In this document: one piece after another, positions 8,015-17,139 of the stretch
Position numbering within the stretch: position 1 is the first letter of the stretch
Layout: each line of letters starts with the position of its first letter
Source of the DNA: Candidatus Kapaibacterium sp.
GTDB lineage: Bacteria; Bacteroidota; Ignavibacteria; Kapaibacteriales; UBA2268
Direction: 5' to 3'
DNA length: 64,000 nucleotides
NCBI GenBank assembly: GCA_963665665.1
Contig: OY762428.1
Coordinates: forward strand, 2,464,001-2,528,000
Notes under the pieces: generated by a model
What the model was told of the DNA's origin: nothing
Database searches by the model: none
The model's input: only the letters and a program-made list of their open reading frames with translations
Made by a program: the position numbers and the translations under genes

Positions 8015-10237
8015 TTATTTCTTTTCATCTATCAGCATTTGAAGTTGTTCTTTAATCATTTCAATCTCTGATTTCATCTTCTCATTCTCCTGCCTTATCT
8101 CTTGATTTTCTGTTTCAAATTTATCGATTTGCTCTTTTAACTGTATAATATATATAGCCTGAGTTTCCACAGTTTCCCAAATCTGGTTTGTAAGGATGCC
8201 AAGGGGCAGTTTGCCGTATTTCTCCCATTCCTTGCGGCCTGTAATTGTGGGCAGGTGGCGGTTCTCGCGGGTAAAGTCTATCATCTCCTGAAGCGAGAGC
8301 ATACGGTAGTCTGCGTGTTTATCCATGTCGCATTCAAGTACGCTGCCGCCAAAGTACCAGTCGAAAACATAGTCGGTAAGCAATACGTTATCATCATAAA
8401 CTGCTTCGGCGTTTATTGATCCGTCGCCCAGGTTTCCGCCTCTGGGGCTGCCAACCACCAGGCTGTTCAATATGGCAGCATCCACGCTGACTGTGGCACT
8501 GCTTCCGCTTAGTGTTCCGCCAAGGCCGACATTATTTTGAAAATTAGCATTCCAGGCATTAAAACCGCCACAAACGTCCAGGTTATTGCCAATTTTAACG
8601 TTATCTGCTATATCCATATCTCCGGCTCCAATGCTACCGGCAGAAATGGCCGGCGATTGTAGGTGATTTATTTCATATACTGATAAACCGTATGTAAATT
8701 GAGAAGTTGAGAATATATATTTACCGCTGACAAACACCGAGGTTGGCCTGCTAAGGTTTTCATCATTATATCCTTTTGCAATGATATTATCAGGGTCACA
8801 TATATCAAAAATACATAATCGGCCATTTAGATAAGATGCCACGTAGGCATAATTGCCACTGACATACACGGATCGAGGGTAATCAAGATTTGCACTCGTG
8901 TATCCCTTTGCAATGATATTATCAGGGTCACTTATATCAAAAACACATAATCGGTCATTTTGAATAGATGCCACGTAGGCATAATTGCCACTGACATACA
9001 CGGATCGAGGGTAATCAAGATTTGCACTCGTGTATCCCTTTGCAATGATATTATCAGGGTCACTTATATCAAAAATGCATAATCGGTCATTATTCTCATT
9101 TACCACGTAAGCGTAGATGCCCTTTACGTATATACTTTTAGGCGAAGAAAGGTTGGTACTGATATTGTCTTTCCTAATAATATTACTCGGATTGCTTATA
9201 TCAAAAATTAGAAGTGGGATACTACCATAACTTGTTACGTAAGCATGGCTGCCACTTATAAAAACTGATGTGGCATGCCCGGTGGAACCTGTTGATCTGG
9301 AATCACATACAAATGGGTTGTCAGGGTTACTTATATCAACAATTTTCAGATATGTACCAACAATAACATAAGCATAATTACCACTCAGATGAACTGAATT
9401 TACACCTCCTCCGAGGCTTACAAAGCCCTTAGGAACAGGATTATCAGGATTGCTTATGTCAAAAATACATAAGCGATAATTGTTAAGGGTGATTACATAG
9501 GCATAGTTCTCTCTGATCCATACTGAGGATGGCCTGTCGAGGTTGGCAATTGTGTTTCCCCTTGCAAGAAGAGGATTTGTTGATTGAACTTCGATATCCA
9601 TTCCGGTAAATGATGCAGCTGCCGGAGTTGTCCCGCCAATATTGCCCGGGCTTGCCGGATCAAACGAACTCGCGTCAGCCCATGAAAGCGTTCCACTGCC
9701 GTCGGTTGTTAGAACCTGGCCGTTGCTTCCGTCGGCAGATGGGAATGAATATGCCCCGACTGTAAGGTTTGTAAATTTCCCAGTACCGGGGGTAGTTGTT
9801 CCAATATTTCCCGGTGCAGCCCATGTTTTGCCTTCAAGCGCTCCGGAAAAATATGAAAAAGGAACGGTTGTTAATCTTGTTCTGGCAAGGGTAGTTCCAT
9901 TAACGCTTACCTCCAGCCATGCCGAGCCTCCGGCAAAGACTGCGGATGTGAAAGCTTCGTCTGATCCGCTTCCCGTACCGAGAGTTACTGTATAAAGGCC
10001 GTAATCCACGTCAACTATTTTTGCCGCCGCTGAACCGGAGGGCCAGAGTTTAGTACCACCTGTTTCGGCGGAATATATGGCAAATGTCATCGGCATGGAT
10101 GAATTAGTAACGGGATTACCCGAAGCATCCAGGAGTTTCCCCTGGTAAGTTATCGTTGATGTCTGTGCCCAGCCGTTCAGGCTGATAAATAACGCTATTA
10201 ATGTTAAAATTAGGGGTTTCAAAACAATTCCTTTCAT
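8015..10237 (-). CDS. Paralogous secreted tail-fibre-like LVIVD-repeat protein
   Basis: First ~205 aa and the C-terminal domain nearly identical to 5704-7911; repeat core diverged. Confidence 0.75.
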   Translation of the reverse strand: MKGIVLKPLILTLIALFISLNGWAQTSTITYQGKLLDASGNPVTNSSMPMTFAIYSAETGGTKLWPSGSAAAKIVDVDYGLYTVTLGTGSGSDEAFTSAVFAGGSAWLEVSVNGTTLARTRLTTVPFSYFSGALEGKTWAAPGNIGTTTPGTGKFTNLTVGAYSFPSADGSNGQVLTTDGSGTLSWADASSFDPASPGNIGGTTPAAASFTGMDIEVQSTNPLLARGNTIANLDRPSSVWIRENYAYVITLNNYRLCIFDISNPDNPVPKGFVSLGGGVNSVHLSGNYAYVIVGTYLKIVDISNPDNPFVCDSRSTGSTGHATSVFISGSHAYVTSYGSIPLLIFDISNPSNIIRKDNISTNLSSPKSIYVKGIYAYVVNENNDRLCIFDISDPDNIIAKGYTSANLDYPRSVYVSGNYAYVASIQNDRLCVFDISDPDNIIAKGYTSANLDYPRSVYVSGNYAYVASYLNGRLCIFDICDPDNIIAKGYNDENLSRPTSVFVSGKYIFSTSQFTYGLSVYEINHLQSPAISAGSIGAGDMDIADNVKIGNNLDVCGGFNAWNANFQNNVGLGGTLSGSSATVSVDAAILNSLVVGSPRGGNLGDGSINAEAVYDDNVLLTDYVFDWYFGGSVLECDMDKHADYRMLSLQEMIDFTRENRHLPTITGRKEWEKYGKLPLGILTNQIWETVETQAIYIIQLKEQIDKFETENQEIRQENEKMKSEIEMIKEQLQMLIDEKK

Positions 10238-10294
10238 GATTAGTTTGTTTAGGTTTTTAAGTCAATTTCCAATTATTCTGATTTTTTACTTTAT

Positions 10295-10403
10295 GTCATT
10301 CCCCGACAGGTCAGGGGCAGGCTTACGGAGCTTGCGACTGAAGAATCCATCTTTCTTATCAGATATTGTTGATGAATGAATCCTTCGCTGCGCTCAGGAT
10401 GAC
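10295..10403. repeat. REP pair gtcat..tgagc..gaagaatcc / gattcttcgctgcgctcag.atgac with nested ccccgac..ggggcaggc hairpin
   Basis: Same family at 396-486, 4458-4549, ~15280-15352, 15487-15575, 16919-17009 and 22099-22207; half copies at 236-272 and 7969-7996. Confidence 0.8.
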
Positions 10404-10423
10404 ACTTTTCATTTATGTTCATT

Positions 10424-13180
10424 TTATCTCTTTTCATCTATCAGCTTTTGCAGTTTTTCTTCAAGTAACTGAAGCCGTGATTTTAATTCCTGGTTTTCAC
10501 TTTCCAATGTTTCTACTTTTTGAGACAGAGCTTTTACGCCGGCAAGTCCTATACCTGCCACATCGGCCCCGGACAGATAGCTTCTGCTGCGCGGGTTACT
10601 CAGGTCTCCCGTACCGAAAGTATCGTGGAAATCCTCGGAAAAGGGCCATATATGGAATTCATTAGTTCCCTTATAGAACCAACCCTTTAACCTGAGAGTT
10701 TTGATTTTATCCAATATCCCGAATACGTCAAGTTCTTTAAAGCGATCCTTGAATTTTATTGAAGATCCGTTTGTCCATGTACCTCCCGCGCTAAGATATG
10801 CTCCGTTTCCGTTGCTTCCGTCCGTTCCAATCTGGAAAATACCGTTATTGGCAGATTCCCGGTTTATGGTAAATGTGCCGGAGTTCGTTCCTGTATAAAA
10901 TGCCGTATGGTAATTATTCGCAACATCCACATCGTTCCCGAAGGCAAAGCAATAATTCCCGTCAATAGAATTATCTTTACCACCCGGAATAACTGAATAA
11001 TCCTGGCTGATAGTATTTGATTCGCCACCGCAAACCACCGAGAAGGATGCGCTGCTCATAGAATTTTCAATACCCCCGCAAATAACCGAAGCCTCGGATT
11101 CCTCGATTGTATGGAATCCGCCGCCACCGATAAAGGAGCCTATAGACTCATCATCAATTAAATTAAAAGACCCGCCTACTATAACAGCAACTGTTGAACC
11201 TAACATGTGCGGGCCTCCACCACCTACAAATGCACCGTCTCCGGCATTTAGAATGGATGCACCTCCGCCAATAAAGGAGTTCTCGCCATACGCGCCATTC
11301 CCTTCACCACCAACAACAACGGCCCCGATAGCATCAGCTTCATTATATACTCCGCCACCAACAAATGACCATGTATTACTGGAATAGTTCATTTCACCGC
11401 CGCCGATAGTTGCAAACCAGCCGTCGGTTTCATTGGAACCGCCACCCCCAATGAAGGAGTAATCACCATAGGCCCAATTGTATTCACCACCACAGATTGT
11501 TGTGAAGTCATCGCCGGCTTCCTGCCAGTATTCAGCGCTGCCGCCGCCAAGAATAGCCGCCCCGTGAATTGCATCGGAAAATGAATTTGAACTGCTGCCC
11601 ATTAATATATTCGGGCTGGTTGCGTCAGGTTCGAACCTTGCCACACGGTCGTCGTTTACTTTTACTTCAAGGGCATTATTATCTCCTGTGCCGATAAAAT
11701 GTGTTCCGGGAGTAGTTCCCAGGTTACCTGTCAGAGACCAGCCAGCCCCGGAAAAGGTTTGCCATGATACCGTACCGCTTCCGTTGGTAGTCAGTACCTG
11801 GCCGTTGGCCCCGTCAGAACCGGGCATTTGATAATCTCCGATATTAATACCGGTAAATGAAGCTCCGGCAGGAGTTGTCCCACCTACATCACCCGGAGTC
11901 GCCCATGTAACATCAAGTTCCGATCCGTCCCAATTTAATCCTGTGCCGTCTATCTGCGAACCTCGCTCGTCGTAAGCGGTTTTGCCTCTGTCGCCCCGGT
12001 AGGCTGTTGCATTTGTTTCACCGAGCGCCAGAGTAGTTTTATTGTTGAAAGTAGTCCAGTCACCTGAACTCAGATAACCGTCCGCACTACCCGAAGCTTC
12101 ACCAATAGTAATCTGAACGTTGCCTGTTGTCGGGCTTACCGTTAGCGGAGTAGTTCCCGATTCGGCAACTGATGTAACAGGAGCCGACGGAATAGCTGTC
12201 CATGAAACAACACCGCTTCCATTTGTTTGTAATACATAATTTGCCGTGCCGTCAAATTGAGGAAATGTATATGAAGATGTGGAAAGTTTTGTAAATGCAC
12301 CTTCCGCTGCTGTAGTAGTACCAATATTATCAGGAGTACCCCAGGTAACATTTAATTCCGATCCGTCCCAATTTAATCCGGTGCCATCTATCTGCGAGCC
12401 GCGCTCGTCGTAGGCAGCTTTGCCTCTGTCGCCCCGGTAGGCTGTTGCATTTGTTTCACCGAGCGCCAGCGTACTTTTATTATTGAATGTATTCCAGTCG
12501 GTTGAACTAAGGTAGCCGTCTGTTGTTCCGTTTGCCTGGCTTATTGTTATCTCTACATTTCCCGTAGTCGGGGTTACTGTCAGTGGAGTGGTTCCCGATT
12601 CGGCAACTGATGTAACAGGAGCTGAACCCGGACTCTGCCAGCTGACGTTTCCACTTCCGTCCGTAGTCAGTACCTGCCCGTTGCTGCCGTCCGATGCCGG
12701 GAATGAATATGTTCCCACAGTCAGGTTTGTAAATTTTCCGGTACTTGGTGTTGTTGCGCCGATTGCTCCCGGTTCGGCCCAGGTATTGCCGCCAAGCGAT
12801 GATGAATGATATGAGAATGGAACCGTGGTTAACCTGGTTCTTGCAAGGGTAGTTCCGTCCACATTAATTTCAAGCCATGCCTGCCCTCCTGCAAAAACTG
12901 ATGTCGTAAATGCTTCATCGCTTCCCGACCCTGTACCAAGAACAACGGTATAAAGGCCAAGGTCGACATTTACATTTTTAGACGCTACTGCCGTTGGCCA
13001 CAGTTTCGACCCTCCGCTCTGAGCGTTATAAATAGCGAATGTCATCGGCAGTGAAGAATTTGTTATCGGATCGCCTGTTGAATTAAGTAATTTACCCTGG
13101 TAGGTGATGGTGGAAGTCTGTGAATACAGTCCTGTTGATGCTAATAGAATGATCAGCATAATTATTGGGGAGTATCTCAT
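10424..13180 (-). CDS. Secreted tail-fibre-like protein with internal duplication, Gly-Gly repeat head and Peptidase_S74-like intramolecular chaperone
   Basis: Signal peptide, ITYQGKL N-domain, two ~146-aa repeats, IGGGxxN repeats, GGTWTNGSSIKFKD...PFSEDFHDTFG...GVKAL plus coiled coil. Confidence 0.75.
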   Translation of the reverse strand: MRYSPIIMLIILLASTGLYSQTSTITYQGKLLNSTGDPITNSSLPMTFAIYNAQSGGSKLWPTAVASKNVNVDLGLYTVVLGTGSGSDEAFTTSVFAGGQAWLEINVDGTTLARTRLTTVPFSYHSSSLGGNTWAEPGAIGATTPSTGKFTNLTVGTYSFPASDGSNGQVLTTDGSGNVSWQSPGSAPVTSVAESGTTPLTVTPTTGNVEITISQANGTTDGYLSSTDWNTFNNKSTLALGETNATAYRGDRGKAAYDERGSQIDGTGLNWDGSELNVTWGTPDNIGTTTAAEGAFTKLSTSSYTFPQFDGTANYVLQTNGSGVVSWTAIPSAPVTSVAESGTTPLTVSPTTGNVQITIGEASGSADGYLSSGDWTTFNNKTTLALGETNATAYRGDRGKTAYDERGSQIDGTGLNWDGSELDVTWATPGDVGGTTPAGASFTGINIGDYQMPGSDGANGQVLTTNGSGTVSWQTFSGAGWSLTGNLGTTPGTHFIGTGDNNALEVKVNDDRVARFEPDATSPNILMGSSSNSFSDAIHGAAILGGGSAEYWQEAGDDFTTICGGEYNWAYGDYSFIGGGGSNETDGWFATIGGGEMNYSSNTWSFVGGGVYNEADAIGAVVVGGEGNGAYGENSFIGGGASILNAGDGAFVGGGGPHMLGSTVAVIVGGSFNLIDDESIGSFIGGGGFHTIEESEASVICGGIENSMSSASFSVVCGGESNTISQDYSVIPGGKDNSIDGNYCFAFGNDVDVANNYHTAFYTGTNSGTFTINRESANNGIFQIGTDGSNGNGAYLSAGGTWTNGSSIKFKDRFKELDVFGILDKIKTLRLKGWFYKGTNEFHIWPFSEDFHDTFGTGDLSNPRSRSYLSGADVAGIGLAGVKALSQKVETLESENQELKSRLQLLEEKLQKLIDEKR

Positions 13181-13381
13181 TGTTTTTCCCTTATTTATTA
13201 AAATTTGCGTATCTACTACAAACTTAAAAATATTTTTTAATTATCATAATAATATTACAGGAATTTTATTCTATTTCACTAAAGAATTAATTTATTATCA
13301 ATTTTATTATTAAATATTCTGTTCGTAAATTTGAATCTTGTAAAAATTGGATAATAAAAAATTACTAATCAGGAAGAAATA

Positions 13382-14461
13382 ATGATAGATCCGGAGCACT
13401 TGACATTCAAACGCACAATCGTTCACTATATAATACCTAAAAGCGAAGACCAGGAACACGCAACAGCACATGTTGAAACAAAGATGATAAACCTTAACGA
13501 TGCTGTTGCAAGGATTATTCGCCGCAGGCTTACAAAGGCAATGGGTAAAAATTCCAAATCTTTCGAACTGGAAATAATTGATTACGATCATGATTCTTTC
13601 TTCGGGCTATGCCAACCACTCAAACATGCCGAAGACAATAAGTTTATTGAGAATTCCGGTTTGATTGCAGAACTTCTGGCAGGATGCCAGACCAGGAACA
13701 ACATTCCCGGCGGATACATGATTTTTATACAGGCTGAAAACAAAAACGAATCGGCTGTATATATAGTTATAAAAGCAGAACTTCAGGAAGCACTGCGCTA
13801 CGAGGAAGATACCCAGTCAAGACTGCTTGCACTGGATGACCTTATACTCAGCCCTTCTACAAAGTTATATAAAATCGGTATGATATACGAAAGAGACGAA
13901 CCCTCGAAATTATATCCTAATGACAAATTCGGATGTTTTCTCTTTGATGATCAGTTCACTCCTGATGCCAAACCGGCTGAATATTTCTATTCTGATTTTC
14001 TTGGTTACACGATTGAGTCAAATCCAAAAATTCAATCAAAACGATTTTATACTCATACGGAAAACTTTATTAAGAAAAGCGTGGATGATCCGGATATGAA
14101 AGGCGAATTGATGCACGTATTGAAACAGGAATTTGCCGAGCAGAACCACTTCGATGAAATTGCTCCCATGGATTTTGCCAATTCATATTTCCATGATCCT
14201 GAAGTAAAAGATCAGTATTCAGCGGAAGTAGTGCCTTATCTGCCTACAAATATTGTCCGCGATCCGTCTTTATTTAAAAGCAAACTTGAATGGAAGAAAC
14301 TTAACTTCCCGAATAAAGTAAATATTTCAGGGCCGGACAGAACCTTTGATTTCAGTGTGAAAGTAGTTGATTCCAACGAGGAACTGGATGAAATGAATGC
14401 TGAAGATCCAGGTTATACAATTTTGAAGATCAAAGGACGCCCCTTTGAAAGCGACAGTTAA
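13382..14461 (+). CDS. Nucleoid-associated protein, NA37/YejK-like
   Basis: 359 aa; IVHYI N-terminus, IPGG, KLYKIG and EYFYSDFLG motifs recalled for this family. Confidence 0.6.
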   Translation: MIDPEHLTFKRTIVHYIIPKSEDQEHATAHVETKMINLNDAVARIIRRRLTKAMGKNSKSFELEIIDYDHDSFFGLCQPLKHAEDNKFIENSGLIAELLAGCQTRNNIPGGYMIFIQAENKNESAVYIVIKAELQEALRYEEDTQSRLLALDDLILSPSTKLYKIGMIYERDEPSKLYPNDKFGCFLFDDQFTPDAKPAEYFYSDFLGYTIESNPKIQSKRFYTHTENFIKKSVDDPDMKGELMHVLKQEFAEQNHFDEIAPMDFANSYFHDPEVKDQYSAEVVPYLPTNIVRDPSLFKSKLEWKKLNFPNKVNISGPDRTFDFSVKVVDSNEELDEMNAEDPGYTILKIKGRPFESDS

Positions 14462-14489
14462 TAATTTTTTTTTTACAGCCGGATAAACA

Positions 14490-15233
14490 ATGGCAAAAAC
14501 TACTTATGATAAAGATTTCTATAAATCGCAGATGGATGGTTCCAGGCTGTCGGCATCAATTATACTTCCTATGGTATTCAATCTGATAAATCCCAAAAGC
14601 ATGGTTGATATCGGTTGCGGCCTCGGAACCTGGCTTTCAGCTGCAAGTGAACTTGGAATCAAAGATATACTCGGCGTTGACGGGGACTATATTGATAAAG
14701 ATATGCTGTATATACCTTCTGAAAAATTTAATTCCCACGACCTGAAAACAAAATTTTCATCCGACAGAAAATTCGATCTCGCCATATCTCTTGAAGTTGC
14801 CGAACATTTGCCTGATTCAGCGGCAGCAACAATTGTTGATACATTAACTTCTCTTTCCGATACGGTTTTATTTTCAGCCGCCATACCCGGACAGGGAGGT
14901 AATTATCATATAAATGAGCAGTGGCAGGACTACTGGATAGCTAAGTTTGAACAAAAGGGATATAACGCTATTGATTATATCCGGCCCAAAGTATGGGAGA
15001 ATCCCGATGTTGAATTCTGGTATGCCCAGAATAGTTTCATTTTTGCAAATGACAGATCGTTAGATAGAAATCCGGGATTGAAAGATGAAATGGAGAAATG
15101 TTCTAATTTCATTCCGCGGATTGTTCATCCGGAAATATTTGATAAGTTGTCGAATACCGATAATCTGGGATTAAAAGGATGGATGAAAGCATTCCCCGGA
15201 ATATTGAAGGCGTATGCCGGAAGAAAGTTCTAA
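14490..15233 (+). CDS. Class I SAM-dependent methyltransferase, probably glycan-related
   Basis: VDIGCGLGTWL motif I; FDLAISLEVAEHL; FSAAIPGQGG.YHINEQ. Confidence 0.85.
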   Translation: MAKTTYDKDFYKSQMDGSRLSASIILPMVFNLINPKSMVDIGCGLGTWLSAASELGIKDILGVDGDYIDKDMLYIPSEKFNSHDLKTKFSSDRKFDLAISLEVAEHLPDSAAATIVDTLTSLSDTVLFSAAIPGQGGNYHINEQWQDYWIAKFEQKGYNAIDYIRPKVWENPDVEFWYAQNSFIFANDRSLDRNPGLKDEMEKCSNFIPRIVHPEIFDKLSNTDNLGLKGWMKAFPGILKAYAGRKF

Positions 15234-15486
15234 TCACAGCTTTCAATAAGGGCGGGGCTGCTTTTGAATTAAGAAAAGCTGTTATTCTGAGCATTGCAAA
15301 CAATCCATAACCCGCATGAATACTGGGTTCTTCACAACGCTTCAGAATGACAAATCGTAAATATTTTGAATTATCATACATCGTTATTCTCTTTGTTAAA
15401 ATTTTACCCAATACCATTTCATCCCCCTAAATTACTTTGTTACTATTCAGCTGAACTTTGAAAATCTGGAAAAATTGTATAAAGCG

Positions 15487-15575
15487 GTCATTCTGAGCGC
15501 CAGCGAAGAATCCATTCTTCAATAATTCTTTAAGAAAAAGATGGATTCTTCCCTCGCTGGCTCGGTCAGAATGAC
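15487..15575. repeat. REP pair
   Basis: gtcattctgagcgccagcgaagaatcc ... ggattcttccctcgctggctcggtcagaatgac. Confidence 0.8.
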
Positions 15576-15699
15576 ATTTCTCTGTATTTTTCTTCAATAA
15601 CAGCAATATATTTTACCAACCTGAGTAGAAACATTACTTTTATTTCTCGGAAAATTATATTAGCTTTATTCTTTTTTGAAGATATTGAAGATAAAGAAT

Positions 15700-16824
15700 A
15701 TGAAAAGATGTGCAGTAATAATGGCTGGCGGTTCCGGTGAACGGTTCTGGCCGCTTTCAAGGAAGAAAAAACCAAAACAATTATTAAAACTGGCTTCGGC
15801 AGATAAAATGATGATTGAGGAATCAATTGACAGGATTTCCGGTATTATCGAGCCGGATGACATTTTTATTATTACAAGTTCACTTCTCCAGGAACCCATT
15901 CGGGAAAGTTTATCAATTCTTCCCCCGGAAAACATAGTTGCAGAACCATTCAAAAGGAATACTGCTCCCTGCCTGGCTTTGTCAGCTTCGGTTATTTCTG
16001 CAAAGTATTCAGATTTGAAATCAGATGAGATAAGTATTGCTGTCCTGACAGCTGACCAAAGTATTGCACCGATTGATGGCTTTAGAAAAACTGTAAATGC
16101 GGCCCTGGAATATGTTGAAAATAATCCCGTACTATGTACTATTGGTATTCCACCGGTAAGGCCGGAAACCGGATATGGCTACATACAGGCCGGCAGGCAG
16201 TTTAATCCGGATTCGGACAAAATTCAGATTAATCCGGCTGTTCGTTTCACAGAAAAACCAGATATTGAAACAGCTCAGAAATTTGTTGATTCAGGCGATT
16301 ATTTGTGGAACAGCGGAATGTTTTTCTGGCGTTTGGATACATTTATTGATAGTATGACGAAATGCCTTCCTGAAGTAGGAGGAAAGATAAACACCATGGC
16401 AGATAAATATTCAGCTAAAGATGACATGAACATTTCCGGCCCGCTCGTGGAAATTTCCGCTACATTCGAAGCTTTTCCAAATACATCAATAGATTACGGC
16501 TTAATGGAAAAAGCCGAAAATGTTGTTGTGGCGGCAGCAGCTTTTAATTGGGATGATATTGGTTCATGGGATTCACTTCCCAGAATCCGGGAAACTGACG
16601 AAAACAACAATGTGCTTTCGGGGAATACAGCTGTTTTCGACCTGAAAGATTCTGTGATAATAAATGAAGGCGGAAAAGATATCATGGTTTCCGCATTTGG
16701 TTTGGATAATATTGTTGTTGTTGTTACAGGCGATTCCGTTATGGTATGCCCTAAGGACAGGGTTCAGGAAGTGAAGAGATCAGTGGAAATTATCAGGGAT
16801 GCAAGCGGCGAGAAATGGCTTTAG
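15700..16824 (+). CDS. manC: Mannose-1-phosphate guanylyltransferase
   Basis: VIMAGGSGERFWPLSR..PKQ, EPFKRNTAP, PETGYGYI, FTEKPD, WNSGMF, SIDYGLMEK, WDDIGSW; no PMI cupin domain. Confidence 0.92.
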   Translation: MKRCAVIMAGGSGERFWPLSRKKKPKQLLKLASADKMMIEESIDRISGIIEPDDIFIITSSLLQEPIRESLSILPPENIVAEPFKRNTAPCLALSASVISAKYSDLKSDEISIAVLTADQSIAPIDGFRKTVNAALEYVENNPVLCTIGIPPVRPETGYGYIQAGRQFNPDSDKIQINPAVRFTEKPDIETAQKFVDSGDYLWNSGMFFWRLDTFIDSMTKCLPEVGGKINTMADKYSAKDDMNISGPLVEISATFEAFPNTSIDYGLMEKAENVVVAAAAFNWDDIGSWDSLPRIRETDENNNVLSGNTAVFDLKDSVIINEGGKDIMVSAFGLDNIVVVVTGDSVMVCPKDRVQEVKRSVEIIRDASGEKWL

Positions 16825-16918
16825 TGATATTTAAATAAGTTGGAATATGCTCTTTCGGTTATCTAAACCGAAAGAAATTGGATACGGGATGTCTCATTAT
16901 TCTGATTTTTGTGAATTT

Positions 16919-17009
16919 GTCATTCCCCGACAAGCCGAGGGCAGGCTGAACGAAGTGAAGAATCCAATATCCATGCGGGTTATAGATTCTTCGTTACGCT
17001 CAGAATGAC
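16919..17009. repeat. REP pair with nested mini-hairpin
   Basis: gtcatt-ccccgacaagccgagggcaggc-tgaacgaagtgaagaatcc ... gattcttcgttacgctcagaatgac. Confidence 0.75.
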
Positions 17010-17139
17010 ATATATCAGTGCTTTTGAAAAATGGGCATAGCATTTAGAAGTGGTCGAAAACTGTATCTGAATGATTAACACTGCGAAATTAAAACATTTA
17101 AGAAATATTAGAGTTACTAACATTAAATAACAAATAATT

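Noticed and set aside
5704-10237. Diversity-generating retroelement (template and variable repeats)
   Set aside because: No reverse transcriptase in the window. Both repeats are intact genes, and the differences are not adenine-restricted as far as I can see.
4707-13180. Prophage tail module
   Set aside because: All proteins carry Sec signal peptides, and there are no capsid, terminase, baseplate or integrase genes.
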